Shown here one piece after another: positions 1-12,396 of a stretch of 64,000 bases of DNA. The position numbers and the translations under genes are program-made. How positions within the stretch are numbered: the first letter of the stretch is position 1; each line of letters starts with the position of its first letter. This DNA comes from Octopus vulgaris (Eukaryota). The notes below the pieces were generated by a model that searched no databases, was not told where the DNA came from, and worked only from the letters and a program-made list of their open reading frames with translations. The stretch is from contig OX597838.1 of the NCBI GenBank assembly GCA_951406725.2, forward strand, positions 24,800,001 to 24,864,000. Direction: 5' to 3'.

Positions 1-504
1 AAATATATACAATTAAATGAGAATGAATAATTTAATAAAAAATGAAGCAGAGGACGCGGTCGATCCCACAAACCACATACACTGAAGACTTTGCTTTGTA
101 TGGGCAAACTGCAGCCCGCTTCTCAAAAGAAGTTGCTCATGCCCTCTCTACGTGATCGCTCAACACCATAGAAATAGCAGCTAAATCTAATTCGTATCAC
201 ATCCTACAAGGGGTACCGGCACTCGGAAGCAATGACATTTCTGGCAGGCCTCACCTAAATTAGTCGGCATGAAAAAACCAGAGGAAATTTTGTTCCTCTT
301 CCTACCTGCTTCCAGGAGTGATCGCCTCTTCATCCTAACGTCATAAGAAAAAATAGGGAGGATTAAAATACTTCGAATGATATAAATACATTATCTATTA
401 GATAAATGAAAAATGGGATAGTCACGCCTGGAATGCCACTGATTACAGGTTTCGTTTTCTTTTCGATTTGGATGAGTGAACTACTATAGGTTTTGCCCAA
501 CCAA

Positions 505-1192
505 TGGTGTGCCAGTTGATTCGAACGAGTGAACATCCTGCTCGTGAAATTAACGTGCAAGTGACTGAGCACTGCACAGACCTGCGTACCCTTAACGTAG
601 TTCTCAGGGAGATTCAGCATAATGCAGAATGGGACAAGGACGGCCCTTTGAAATACAAGTACTACCAGTTTTTGCCAGTGGAGTGGACTCTTTACTCTCT
701 TTTTACTCTTTTACTTGTTTCAGTCAGTTGACTGCGGCCATGCTGGAGCACCGCCTTTAGTCGAGCAACTCGACCCCGGGACTTATTCTTTGTAAGCCCA
801 GTACTTATTCTATCGGTCTCTTTTGCCAAACAGCGAAGTGACGGGGACATAAACACACCAGCATCGGTTGTCAAGCAATGCTAGGGGGACAAACACAGAC
901 ACACAAACATACACGCACACATATATATACATATACGATGGGCTTTTTTCAGTTTCCATCTACCAAATCCACTCACAAGGCTTTGGTCGGCCTGAGACTA
1001 TAGTAGAAGACACTTGCCCAAGGTGCCACGCAGTGGGACTGAACCCGGAACCATGTGGTTGGTAAGCAAGCTACTTACCACACAGCCACTCCTGCGACTG
1101 AAGCAACATGAAATAAAGTGTAATGCACCTCAAGAATTGAACTCACAACTTTATGATTGTGAAGCAAATAACCTAACCACTAAGCCAATAAA
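505..1192 (-). mobile_element. tRNA-headed SINE (SINE-D, CORE-like), interrupted by a SINE-A insertion
   Basis: Matches copies at 9327, 15281 and 62369 (ccagttgatccgatcaacggaacagcctgctcgtgaaattaacgtgcaagtggctgagcactccacag...); degenerate tRNA-like head at the right end on the minus strand. Confidence 0.75.
690..1095 (-). mobile_element. SINE-A (tRNA-derived head, CORE-like segment, internal TA/TG microsatellite, (AAAAGAGT)n tail), full length
   Basis: Minus strand reads gcaggagtggctgtgtggtaagtagcttgc...ggttccgggttcagtccc (A/B-box-like), then ggcaccttgggcaagtgtctt, ending gactgaaacaagtaaaagagtaaaagag; more than 15 full or partial copies in the window. Confidence 0.9.
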
Positions 1193-1344
1193 CCTGATTA
1201 TCTTTTTCTCTCTTTCTCTATTTTGTTTCTTTTGATCTTTTGTTTTTATTTTTACTTTTACATTTCATGTCATAAGAAACAACAAGACTATTTAACTACT
1301 GATAACACAGCTCTTAGATTTCCAAATAACCAGCCAGAGATGAA

Positions 1345-1550
1345 CCTTTTGGCATTTAAACTGGCCAGATCCAGCCCAAATGTTCCACCTGTTTTAACTT
1401 TATATTGGCCAAATCCTGTACTTACTCCACAATGTCATTCTAAAAATAAACAGTTACATCATCGAACTTTTGGAGCTACAAGATAATTCATTCAAAACAA
1501 TGTGAATAAATTATCATTGCACTTGATAGAGTAATCTGACCGATAAAGGG
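1345..1550. mobile_element. piggyBac-like MITE (degenerate copy)
   Basis: Homologous to 2375-2595; right end aaagggTTAA. Confidence 0.65.
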
Positions 1551-2374
1551 TTAAGTATCACCAGTGTCTTGGTTGTTCACTTTGAATAGTGACATTCATG
1601 AATAAGAGTGAGACCTGACAGGGCTAAACGAAATAATTTCGCTGCCTTGGTTACTGAAAAAATATCTCCCTCTTAAGTAAGAGTATTATCGTAAAATGAA
1701 GAAAGAGAGCCAGAAACATTATTAAGATTAGAATCTAGTATGTCTAACTTCTGCTAGCTTAACCTTTTATCTTAGAAATGTTTGATACCATGGCAACTCA
1801 GAAAGAGAGAGAGAGAGAGTTTTCTGAATGAAAGCAAAGTTAACATTACATCCAAGTAGTTTAAGCGAAAGTGAAAGGATCACTTTTTTTTTTTACATGT
1901 GGCCATGGTATTTTTTATTAAGACAGGACCAGGAAAATATTAGGCAGGAATGCTGGAGAACACTGATTGAAGGACAATATCTTAAAAGACAAAGAGCAAT
2001 GAAAAGCAGTTTCACTAGCAACTGTTGAGAGTAGAGATGAAGTTGAGTGAAGTTCTAATAAGTTTCTGGAAGATTCTGTAAATTTAAGGCAAATACTACT
2101 GACCTCCATATTGTATCAGTTGTTTTCTCTTGAAGTCCATTTCCTCTAAGGTTGTAAGGGACGGTTCTACTTTGTAGAATTCTAAATGGTTTGGTTCTGC
2201 TTTGTACAATTCCTAGTGGGTTCAGAAAATTTCTCCCTTCCATACTCATGAACTGAGCTCCTCTGTCACTATGGACAGCACCAGGAGGTCCAACAAGAAA
2301 TAGTAGCTACATATCTCTCAAATCTTACTGTATTGTCTTTACAAATAAAAAAAGAGAGACAAATATATTATTAA

Positions 2375-2595
2375 CCCTTTAGCATTTAAACCGGCCATAT
2401 CCGGCCAAAAGTATTCTGCTTGTTTTATGTTCAAACTGGCCGTATCTGGTTTCTTACACCAACCCTACAATTTCGTTTTAAAAATTAACAGCAACCTCAT
2501 CAAAATCTCCTAGCTACAAGATAATGCATTATTAGTTCAAAACAACATGGATAAAAAAGCCTTAATTTTAGCAGAATGACGTGAACACTAAAGGG
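2375..2595. mobile_element. piggyBac-like MITE
   Basis: TTAA|CCCTTTAGCATT ... AACACTAAAGGG|TTAA: CCC/GGG termini with TTAA duplication; further copies at 1345, 41963 and 42309. Confidence 0.8.
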
Positions 2596-2778
2596 TTAAA
2601 CAATACCATCCTGAATCAGTGACAGTGAACCTTTGACGTGAATGTCAGCAGTGACATACTTTAAGGTGACACATGATGAACTGTGAAAAGAAAATCTCCT
2701 TGCAATATCATTATAAAGAGCTTATCTCTAAGCGTTTACCCAAAACTAAAATACATGCTTTGCAACAACAGAATTGAT

Positions 2779-3040
2779 ACTGGTGTTGGTGTCACATAAA
2801 AAGCATTTGTGCTGGTGCAATGTTAAAAGCACTGGTGCCACATAAAAGGCACCCGGTATACTCTATGAAATGGTTGGCATTAGGAAGGGCACCCCGCTGT
2901 AGAAACCATGCCAGAATAGACACTGGAACCTGGTGTGTCCTCTGGCCTTACCAGCTCCAGTCAAACCATCCAACCCATGCTAGCATGGAAAACAGATGTT
3001 AAGTGATTATGATGATTTTGATGATGATGATGGTGATGAT
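2779..3040 (+). mobile_element. Family C repeat: probable RTE LINE 3' UTR ending in (GAT)n
   Basis: ggtgccacataaaaggcacc...tggttggcattaggaagggc...aacccatgctagcatggaaaacagatgttaa followed by (GAT)n. Confidence 0.7.
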
Positions 3041-3099
3041 GTGAGTGACATTCCAAAACCAGAATTATTATCCATCCATCCATTTTCTTTTCCCACTAT

Positions 3100-3400
3100 T
3101 CCTGTGAGGTGTCCTCATGCACTTCCTTCATGGTGTCCCATCAGAAGCAGCTGGTGTTACTTTCTGGCCGGATTCCCAGGCATGACCAGTTGGCTCAGCT
3201 TGAAGAATCCATCTTGGTGATTCTTTCCTGTGACTTTCCTAATCACTTGTCCATAGCACCAGAGCTGTGACCTCTCAATGTGGAGGTCAACTCAGAGAGA
3301 CATCTTCAATGTCTTACATTTTGCATAAGAAACTGGTATGATTCGATTTGGTGATTAGCGAAGAGGATAATCCTATATTATGGCACGGATTATGAATTTG
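3100..3400 (-). mobile_element. Degenerate RTE-clade LINE ORF C-terminal fragment
   Basis: Minus strand translates with frameshifts to SQLWCYGQVIRK..QERITK.ILQAEPTG, resembling the RTE QLRWxGHVxRM motif. Confidence 0.5.
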
Positions 3401-3932
3401 TATAAATTGGTATGCTACAAAAATAAAAGGGTACAGATGTTTCAGAAATGACCTTTTGCCTGAGAAGGAAGAGACATTTCAACTGTTAGAGAATCTCTTT
3501 CCTCTCAGACAAAGGGTCAATCTTGAAAAATCACATTTCTCTTATGCCCCTTGGCATATAAATTTACCTAAACCCAAAAATGTCACAGTGTCATTTCTAG
3601 ACTGTTGACTGCCATCATATACCTTCAATTCTTTTTTTGAATATTATTATCATTCACTTGTTTCAGTAAAATTGACCTCTCTACATATTTTATAATTTTG
3701 GTATTTATTCTATCAGTCACTTTTGCCAAACTGCTAAGTTATAGGGAGGTAAGCATGCCAAAACTGGCTGTCAAGTGGAGGAGGGGAACAAACACAGGCA
3801 GAAAGACAGACACATGCACGCATGCGTGCACACACACTCATACTCACACACACACTCACACACACACACTCTTGTAAGTGGCTTTGGTAGATGGAAAGCG
3901 AAAGAAACTCAAAGACATACACACACAAATAT

Positions 3933-3966
<34 letters not shown>

Positions 3967-4225
3967 CATCATCATCATCATTTAGCGTCCGTTTTCCATG
4001 CTAGCATGGGTTGGACGGTTTAACTGGGGTCTGTGAAGCCGGAAGGCTTCATCAGGCCCAGTCAGTTTTTGCAGTGTTTCTACAGCTGGATGCCCTTCCT
4101 AACGCCAATATATATATATATATTTGTGTGTGTATGTCTTTGAGTTTGTCCCCCGACCATCACTTGACACACACACACGTTTCAGTCATTTAGCTGCAGC
4201 CATGCTGGAGCACCACTTCTGAAGG

Positions 4226-4487
4226 GTGGCTGTGTGGTAAGAAGTTTGCTTCTCAACCACATGGTTCCAGGTTCGGTCCCACTGTGTGGGACCTTGGATT
4301 TCTATTATAGCCTCGGGCCGACCAAAGTCTTGTGAGTGGTTTTAGTAGACGGAAAGTGAAAGAAACCTGTTGTATATATATTTATGTATGTATGTATGTA
4401 TGTATGTATGTATGTATGTATGTATGTGTGTGTGTATGTATGTATGTATGTATGTATGTATGTATGTATGTATGCATGTATGTATGT

Positions 4488-4527
<40 letters not shown>

Positions 4528-4755
4528 ATTTGTGTGTGTATGTCTTTGAGTTTGTGTTTGACCCCCACCCATCACTCAACAACTGATGTTGGTTTCTTTA
4601 TGACCCAATAACTTAGCGGCTTGGGAAAAAGAGACCGATAGAACAAGTTCCAGGCTTACAAAGAATTAGTCCTGGGATCAGTTTCTTCAAATAAAACCCT
4701 TTAAGGCAGTGCTCCAGCATGGCTGCAGTCAAATGACTGAAACAAGTAAAAGAAT
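4226..4755 (+). mobile_element. SINE-A with expanded internal (TATG)n/(TG)n
   Basis: gtggctgtgtggtaag head through gactgaaacaagtaaaaga tail. Confidence 0.85.
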
Positions 4756-4773
4756 TAAAAAAATACAATAAAC

Positions 4774-5175
4774 GCGGAGTGGCTGTGTGGTAAGTAGCTT
4801 GCTAACCAACCACATGGTTCCGGGTTCAGTCCCACTGCATGGCATCTTGGGCAAGTGTCTTCTGCTATAGCCCCGGGCCGACCAATGCCGTGTGAGTGGA
4901 TTTGGTAGACGGAAACTGAAAGAAACCTGTTGTATATATGTATATATATATATGTATGTGTGTGTTTGCGTGTCTGTGTTTGTCCCCCTAGCATTGCTTG
5001 ACAACCGATGCTGGTGTGTTCACGTCCCTGTAACTTAGCGGTTCGGCAAAAGAGAATGATAGAATAAGTACTGGGCTTTCAAAGAATAAGTCCCGGGGTC
5101 GATTTGCTCGACTAAAGGTGGTGCTCCAGCATGGCCGCAGTCAAATGACTGAAACAAGTAAAAGAGTAAAAGAGA
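4774..5175 (+). mobile_element. SINE-A, full length
   Basis: Near-consensus copy from head to tail. Confidence 0.9.
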
Positions 5176-5345
5176 GTAAACACACACAAACACGCACACA
5201 CACATGTATAGGGGAAGCAGCTGTATTTGATGATATTTTTTTTTGTTTCTTTTTTCAGTAACAACTCAATGCATTGGTGAACAGTCAACACCATTGGAGA
5301 GCATAAAGATTAAAGTTGTAGCTGAGAAGAAATTAGCTGACATGC

Positions 5346-5857
5346 GGGCATGGCTGTGTGGTTAGGGAGCTTGCTTCCTAGCTACATGGTTTTGGGTTCA
5401 GTCCCACTGTGTAGCACTTTGGGTAGGTGTCTTCTACGATAGCCCCGAGCCGACCGGAGCTTTGTGATTGAATTCGGTAGGCGGGAGTTACTGCCGTGTG
5501 TGTATGTGTGCGTATAGCTGCTCAGTGCCTCTCCGAAAGAGAGAGAGTGGGGTGGACTGGAAGTCATCTGAATATTAGAAAAAGAGTTACCTGGATCATG
5601 ATGATTCATGCCAGATATCAAAATGCCGAAATCATGACTGCTGCTTTCTGAGCATTGTAAAGGCAGTGAAACCGACGCTTGACAACCAACGCTGGTGTGT
5701 TTATGTTCCCGTAACTTAGCGCTTCAGCAAAAGAGACCAATAGAATAAGTACTAGGCTTACAAAGAATAAGTCCTGGGGGTCGATTTGCTCGGCTAAAGG
5801 CAGTGCTCCAGCATGGCCACAGTCAAATGACTGAAACAAGTAAAAGAGTAAAAAGAG
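5346..5857 (+). mobile_element. SINE-A, interrupted (about 150 bp of unrelated sequence at 5520-5674)
   Basis: 5' half at 5346-5520 and 3' half at 5675-5857. Confidence 0.75.
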
Positions 5858-6329
5858 AGATACACATATCTAGGCATGTGTGTGTGTGTGTGTGTGTGTG
5901 TTTCCATATTTTTTATTACCTGGAACTTCTGCATTGACATATGTACAACAATTATTTGAATAAAACAGCAGACACAAGATGGCGTATGAAGCAGTTAAAA
6001 GTCTTCAAATCAGAAATCATTTCAGTTATCAATATGAAACTTGTCTGTCTGTGTATGTTCTCATGTATTTCGTTGTAGATTAGTCATTTCCCAATCCCAC
6101 GAAATGCAGATCTTTGTCTTCGGTGGAAGCAGTTCTGGCTTTGTATGATGGTTGCTCGCATACTCAGGCATTCTTTCCCCTGCTTCATATTGACAAAGAA
6201 TTATTTTTCATACTTAGTGATGATGTGATAAAAACTCTGTCTAGCAGAGAGGTAGAGGAACACCTGAGTTTGTCTCTTTCATTCAGAGCACATGTGGATA
6301 TGGTAGACGAAAACTGAAAGAAGCCCATC

Positions 6330-6366
<37 letters not shown>

Positions 6367-6372
<6 letters not shown>

Positions 6373-6684
6373 AAAAAGCACCATCCGAACTGTGGCCGAA
6401 GCCAGTGCCGCCTCGACTGGCTTCCGTGCTGGTGGCACGTAAAATGCACCAATCCGACCGTGGCCGTTGCCAGCCTTGCCTGGCACCTGTGCAGGTGGCA
6501 CGTAAAAAGCACCCACTACACTCACGGAGTGGTTGGCGTTAGGAAAGGCATCCAGCTGTAGAAACATTGCCAGATAAGACTGGAGCCTGGTGCAGCCTTC
6601 TGGCTTCCCAGATCCCCGGTCGAACCGTCCAACCCATGCTAGCATGGAGAACGGACGTTAAACGATGTTGATGATGATGATGAT
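6367..6684 (+). mobile_element. Family C (RTE 3' UTR-like) with internal ggtggcacgtaaaaagcacc subrepeats
   Basis: Three gcacgtaaaa(a/t)gcacc subrepeats, ggaaaggcatccagctgtagaaac motif and (GAT)n tail. Confidence 0.8.
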
Positions 6685-6749
6685 ATATATATATCAAAAT
6701 AAGCAACAAGGATATGCAAAGGTAGTGTAGTATATATATATATATATAA

Positions 6750-6789
<40 letters not shown>

Positions 6790-6949
6790 TTATTTGTCTG
6801 TGTTTGTCCCCCCACCATCACTTGACAACCGATGTTGGTGCGTTTACGTACCCATAACTTAGCAGTTCAGCAAAAGTGACTGATAGAATAAGTTCTAGGC
6901 TTACAAAGAATTAGTCCTCGGGCCGATTTGTTCAGCTAAACTCCAAAAA

Positions 6950-7300
6950 CTCAGAGTACACTGAGTTTTGGGACTTTACTCATTGACTTTGCCCATTGTC
7001 CCCTCATGGTATCATAAGAGCATCCCATCTGCTTGGCCACCTGCTTAGTGGACTGGTGTAGTTCCTTGTGGTTGAACTCAATTCAATCAATCCTCATTGA
7101 ACTGAATGGGATGGCCAGAATGGGGAGAATCTGTGAAGTCAAATTTCTCCTCCTCAAAGCACAAAGGCCATTTCTGTACAGTTCTTTTGCTAACAGCAAC
7201 TTTCCTGTTCACAGCTTCACAGCACAAATGTTTTGAGTGGTTGTGCAGCTTCGGAACCTTGACCCAAAGTGAAGAAGATCAGGTGTCGAAATGTTCAGGT
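6950..7300 (-). mobile_element. Degenerate mariner transposase N-terminal fragment
   Basis: Minus strand with frameshifts: EHFRHLIFF...VAVSKRTVQKW...FDFTDSPHSGHP, matching the mariner HTH region and DxPRSGRP linker. Confidence 0.7.
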
Positions 7301-7574
7301 TTTTTTTTTTTTTTGCTCTGCATAGTACTCCATTGTCATATGTGTGAGAAGAGATAAAATTTATTCAAATTTCAAAAACATTAAACAAAAGTTGCTGAGA
7401 GAAAATAAAGTGACAAAAAAAAAAAGAAAAACAACACAAGACATTAAAATAAAAATATTTTTCATGCTAATTCAAATAATAGTGGAAAAAAGCAAAAGAA
7501 AATTACCTTATAACTCTCCCTCTCTGTCTCTGTCTGTCTGTCTGTTCTCTCTCTCTACACACACACACAAGGCC

Positions 7575-7743
7575 TGGTTTGAGGTCTAACCTTCCAAGTT
7601 CTTTTATAGGGTTTAGAAAATCTGAAGGACCACTACAATAAGTGTGTGAATCTGAGAGGGGAATATGTTGGATAAAACCATAATTAACTGATGGTCCTCT
7701 ATTTTCTTTTACCCAAAGCCAGGAAATTTTCAGTACCCCCTTG
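7575..7743 (+). mobile_element. Mariner 3' end fragment with right TIR
   Basis: GLENLKDHYNKCVNLRGEYVG* is a typical mariner C-terminus, followed by ...ttttcagtacccccttg|TA. Confidence 0.7.
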
Positions 7744-7949
7744 TATGTATGTATGTATGTATGTATGTATGTATGTATGCATGCATGCATGCATGCATGC
7801 ATGTATGTATGCATGCATGCATGCATGCATGTATATTATGAATATAATCATCATCATCCTTTTACATTCTTTTTTCCAGCATGCTAGCATGGGTTGGATA
7901 GGTTGGCAAAGCCAGAGTTAGCATATATTTGGGGGTGATGGTGACCACT

Positions 7950-8322
7950 TAAAATTGATGGAACTTGTGGAAGATGGAGACCAAGGAAGACATGGGAAGA
8001 ATTATTGAAGGTCAATCTCAAGAGACTGAGCCTTATGAAGGAGATGACAAAGGACTGACATAGCTGGCGTAGTGCTGTACGCTGTACCTAAGAAAACCTC
8101 TGTGTGTGTGTGTAGTGCTGGTGTCACATATAAAGCACCCAGTATACTCTGTGGAGTGGTTGGCATTAGGAAGGGCATCCAGACATAAAGATCATGCTGG
8201 GAACAGACAACGGAGCCTGGTATGGCTCTTGGCCTTACCAGCTTCAGTGAAACAGTCCAATCCATGCCAGCATGGAAAACGGATGTTTGATGATGATGAC
8301 AATGATGATGATGATGATGATG
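7950..8322 (+). mobile_element. RTE LINE 3' end (degenerate ORF tail joined to family C UTR)
   Basis: GTCGRWRPRKTWEELLKV-like RTE C-terminus continuing into the family C sequence and (GAT)n. Confidence 0.65.
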
Positions 8323-8997
8323 ATACTCCCTTATATGGATTGTGGAACCTCACCATGCTTACATTTCATTTTTGGTGCGGTTCCATAGCTTGATACCCTT
8401 TCTAGCTCCCAGCACTTAACAGAAAGTATTGAGTCCTCCCACCACTTTTTTTTTTTTGCATGGCACCAATACAAGAAAGGTGTCATGAATTTAAGACATC
8501 TAAAGACCCTTCATCGATGCATGCCTCTGCTGTATGGGAAGTGAGGAGTATGAATTATAGAGGCATGAGTGACGGTGACTGGAGGGATTTGTGGTGATGA
8601 GATGAGTGATTGCATTCCGTACCAATCTCAGTATTTTGATACAGAAATATTTATTCAAGGCAACACAATGTGCCTAAGATGGCAGAGGAAATGACAGAGG
8701 TCTACGTGACCCAGGGGATAGATACACACACACACACAATATACCTATGTGCAAGTACATACACACCCATAGTGACACATCTAAGTATCTATCTAGCAAT
8801 CTAACACATAAAGTCCAATCTAACACATATCTGAACTTATATCAGAAGAGATCACAGATTAATTCATCTTTATGCAAACATCCTACTGTTGATATAGTAA
8901 GTAACAGCAATAATAGCCTGATACGAACAATAACAGTAACAATAATGAATGCCGTGCTTAGGTGTATTACAAGTCGTATAACAAGAGTAGAAGTGGG

Positions 8998-9230
8998 AAG
9001 GCAACGAGCTGGCAGAAACGTCAGCGTGCCGGGCGAAATGCTTAGCGGTATTTCGTCTGCCATTACGTTCTGAGTTCAAATTCTGCCGAGGTCGACTTTG
9101 CCTTTCATCCTTTCAGGGTCGATAAATTAAGTACCAGTTACGCACTGGGGTCGATGCAATCGACTTAATCCCTTTGTCTGTCTTTGTTTGTCCCCTCTGT
9201 GTTTAGCCTCTTGTCGGCAATAAAGAGATA
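8998..9230 (+). mobile_element. SINE-B (MetaSINE-like), tail type i
   Basis: gagctggcagaaacg head, gagttcaaattc B-box, gcctttcatcctttc(a/g)gggtcgataaattaagtaccag domain resembling the Meta domain; flanked by the direct repeat aagagtagaagtggg. Confidence 0.85.
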
Positions 9231-9326
9231 AGAGTAGAAGTGGGGGGACAGAAAGCAATAATAAGTGAAGGGAGACAACAATAACTGTCAGTACATACAC
9301 AGTGACATTGTCACCGCCACCCTCTT

Positions 9327-10206
9327 GGTTATGATGACGAGGGTTCCAGTTGATCCGATCAACGGGACAGCCTGCTTATGAAATTAATGAACAAGTGGCT
9401 GAGCACTTCACAGGTATGTGTATCCTTAATGTATTGGGTTGTCCGGAAAGTCCGTGCTGATTTATAGTAGCTTACCTTTCAACTTATTTTAGAACATGGC
9501 TGAGTCTGTAAAATAGGGTTTGACTACACCTCCATTTAAAGCACAGTTTAAGCTATCTTTTCGTGGAAGAAGGTTTACGTTCATATAACCTGTGTTAATT
9601 CTGTAACCCTTTAAAATGGAAGATAAGAAAGTTCATTTTCGGCACTTGATGCTATGGGAACCAGACAAAAATAACTGCAGCTCGGCTAGGATGTGTTACC
9701 CCACCCTCCATATTCACCAGATATTGCTCCTTTGGATTGCCACTTATTCGAGTGTCTGCAGAATAGTCTTAATGGTAAAAATTTCAATTCCTTGGATGAC
9801 GTAAAAAGATACCTTGCTGAATTCTTTGCCATGAAACCACCTCAATTCTGGGAAGAGGGTATTTTCAAGTTAAAGGAAAGATGGAGATGCATTGTGCAAC
9901 AAAATGGTTCATATTTGGTTGATTAAAAATGTAATGGCAAGTATTTATTGACCTTTTTCTTTCCTTTAAAAATTGGCATGAACTTTCCGAACAACCCAAT
10001 AGTTCTCAAGGAGATTCAGTGTGACACAGGATGTGACAAGGGTGGCCCTTTGTAATACAGGTACTACTCGTTTTCGCCAGCTGAGTGGACTGGAGCAATG
10101 TAAAATAAAGTGTCTTGCTCAAGGACACAATGCATTGCCGGGAATTGAACTGATGACCTTACGATTGTGAGCCGAATACCTTAACCACTGAATCATGTGC
10201 CTTCAC
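9327..10206 (-). mobile_element. SINE-D interrupted by a mariner element
   Basis: SINE-D sequence at 9327-9433 resumes at 10001. Confidence 0.8.
9434..9999 (+). mobile_element. Internally deleted mariner DNA transposon
   Basis: TA|ttgggttgtccggaaagt ... actttccgaacaacccaa|TA TIRs with TA duplication; N-terminus MEDKKVHFRHLMLWE fused to C-terminus PHPPYSPDIAPLDCHLF...WRCIVQQNGSYLVD*. Confidence 0.92.
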
Positions 10207-10259
10207 AGCAAGAAGACAGAAAATGAACAAGACGTATAAAGGGTAAAGGGTGCTTTGGC

Positions 10260-10430
10260 ATGTTGGGTGTCCTTTTCACAAACTTCCTAAAACATGAAAG
10301 TTTTGAAGGATACAGTGACCTGATACTTAACAACTGACATGGGTAGTTTATTCCATATTTTGGTTACTCCGAGTTTAAAAAAGAAACGTTCCAAAAGCCA
10401 TGGGTACTGTGCTTTTTTTTTTGTTTTTTG
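10260..10430 (-). mobile_element. Degenerate CR1-like LINE 3' fragment
   Basis: Minus strand FFKLGVTKIWNKLPMSVVKYQVTVSFKT resembles the CR1/L2 FFxxRVxxxWNxLPxxVV...FK terminus. Confidence 0.5.
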
Positions 10431-10584
10431 AGGTTATAATAAACATATTCCATGGAAGGCATAGATACTAAATTCAAAAAAGCGGCCAAACTTATGGGCA
10501 TGTATCAAGTTAGCCGCTCAATGTCGAAGGTTTGATGTGCTGACGCCCAAAGAAACATGTTTAATATATGGTAAGTAACTAAGG

Positions 10585-11690
10585 TGAAGAGGTGGCCAAA
10601 TTGTTAGCACACAGGGCAAAATGCTTACCAGCATTCCATCTGACTTAACGTTCTGAGTTCAAATTTCACTGAGCTTGAATTTGCCTTTCATCTATTTTGG
10701 GTCGATAAAATAAAAAGTCGATGTTACTGACTTACTCCTTCCCTAAAATTGCTGGCCCTGTACCAAAACTTGAAACTGTTATTAATGTTATTAAAGCTAT
10801 AGATTTAAGGCAGTGAGCTGGCCAAATTGTTAGCAAAATGCTTAGTAGCATTTCTTCTGTCTTAACGTTTTGAGTTCAAATTTCACCAAGGTTGGACTTA
10901 CCTTTCATCTCTTTGGGGTCAATAAAATAAGTACTAGTCGAATACTGGGGTTGATGTTACTGACTTAACCCCTACCCTAAAATTTCTGGCCCAGTGCCAA
11001 AATTTGAAGCCAATATATGGTAAGCAATCAGCAGAGAGTATTCATCTGGTTGCATGTATTTGGAGAGCTTCCAACAGATCAATATTCTAAACATGCTGAG
11101 TGTTCCAGACCGGAGATGCAAACTGTGAGAACATATCAAGGCCATGTTTTCTAATACAGGCACAGGGTAACACATTCTGGGTAAGGGATACAGTAGGTTA
11201 TATTGATCCTACCCAGTGCTTGATTGATCTTTAATTTTACTGATCCTGATCAGTAAAATTAAAGATCAGTCTTGCTAATGATTCTGCCAGCTCACAGCCA
11301 TAATTCATTCAAATTTTAGCACAAGGCCAGCTGTTTTAGGGGGTGGGGTTAAGTAGATTACATCAACCCCAGTGTTCAACTGGTACTTATTTTATTGACC
11401 CTGAAACAGTGAAAAGGCTAGTTAACCTCAGCAGAAGTTGAACTCAGAGCATAAAGATGGATGAAATCCTGCTAAGTATTTTAACCGACATACTTATGAC
11501 TTCTTTGGCTTGCCACCTTAATAATAATAAGAAGAAGAAACCTTTCTATTATAGGCACAAGGCCTGATATTTGGGGTAAGGGGATAGTCAGTTATAATCG
11601 AGCCCCAGTGCTCGACTAGTACCTATTTCATTGACTCCCTGAAGGATGAAAGGAAAAAGTTGACCTCAGCAGAATTTGATCTCATAAAAA
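10585..11690. mobile_element. Cluster of degenerate SINE-B copies in both orientations
   Basis: Plus-strand copies near 10585 and 10807; minus-strand copies near 11180-11520 and 11540-11690. Confidence 0.7.
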
Positions 11691-11927
11691 CGTGGACGAG
11701 ATTAGAGCATGGGTGGCTTGATGAGGGTGGACGCCTAAAAGCAGGCAAAATGGTGTGAGAGCCATTGCTGTAAGAGTGAGGTATATCTGGCCACCCCTGT
11801 TAACAGGGTCAAACCTGGATTTAAAATATTGGAATTCAATTCATAAAAACAGATGGAAAACTGCTCAGCATTTTATCCCGCATTCTAATGATTTAGCCAG
11901 CCCACCTCCTTAATAACAATAACGAAA

Positions 11928-12303
11928 ATAGTAAAGATTGTTTGCCAGCATAACATGGCAGTCCTGGTTTAGGACTAATGTTGCTGTAATTTAGCCCCAG
12001 GAGACATCGTCTCCAGCAGGCTATATGACATGATCTATGTCCTTATATTTTCGAACAAAGGGATCTAGCAACCCCACTCAGCTCAAAGTTATTCTATGCT
12101 GATGAAGAGAAATAATCCAGAAATCGTGATATACATATATTGTTTTGAGCTGAGTGGGGGTGCTAGATTCCCTTGTTCGAAAATATAAGGACACAGATTG
12201 TGTCGTATAGCCAGCTGGAGACGATATCTCCTGGGACTAAATTACAGCAACATTAGTCCTAAACTAGGACTGCCATGTTATGTAGGCAAACAATCTTTAC
12301 TAT
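11928..12303. mobile_element. Fold-back element (160-bp inverted arms, 56-bp spacer), probable Penelope-like end
   Basis: 11928-12087 is the reverse complement of 12144-12303 with scattered mismatches; the spacer holds CTGATGA...GAAA. Confidence 0.65.
12095..12137 (+). ncRNA. Degenerate minimal hammerhead ribozyme-like motif
   Basis: tatg-CTGATGA-agagaaataatcca-GAAA-tcgtgatat-a-cata: stem I tatg/cata and near-palindromic stem III; stem II poorly paired. Confidence 0.4.
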
Positions 12304-12396
12304 GAAGTACTGTTGCTGAATATCTCACGTTGTGATGATTTAAAAATAGTAATTTTCTAATAACAAAAATAATTGTAATAAATAATTACAATTAGG

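Noticed and set aside
868-1235. Recurrent short ORFs such as [25 protein letters not shown]
   Set aside because: Antisense translations of SINE-A that recur with every copy.
3449-3519. Imperfect hairpin as a pre-miRNA
   Set aside because: More simply an old fold-back repeat remnant; no recognisable mature miRNA.
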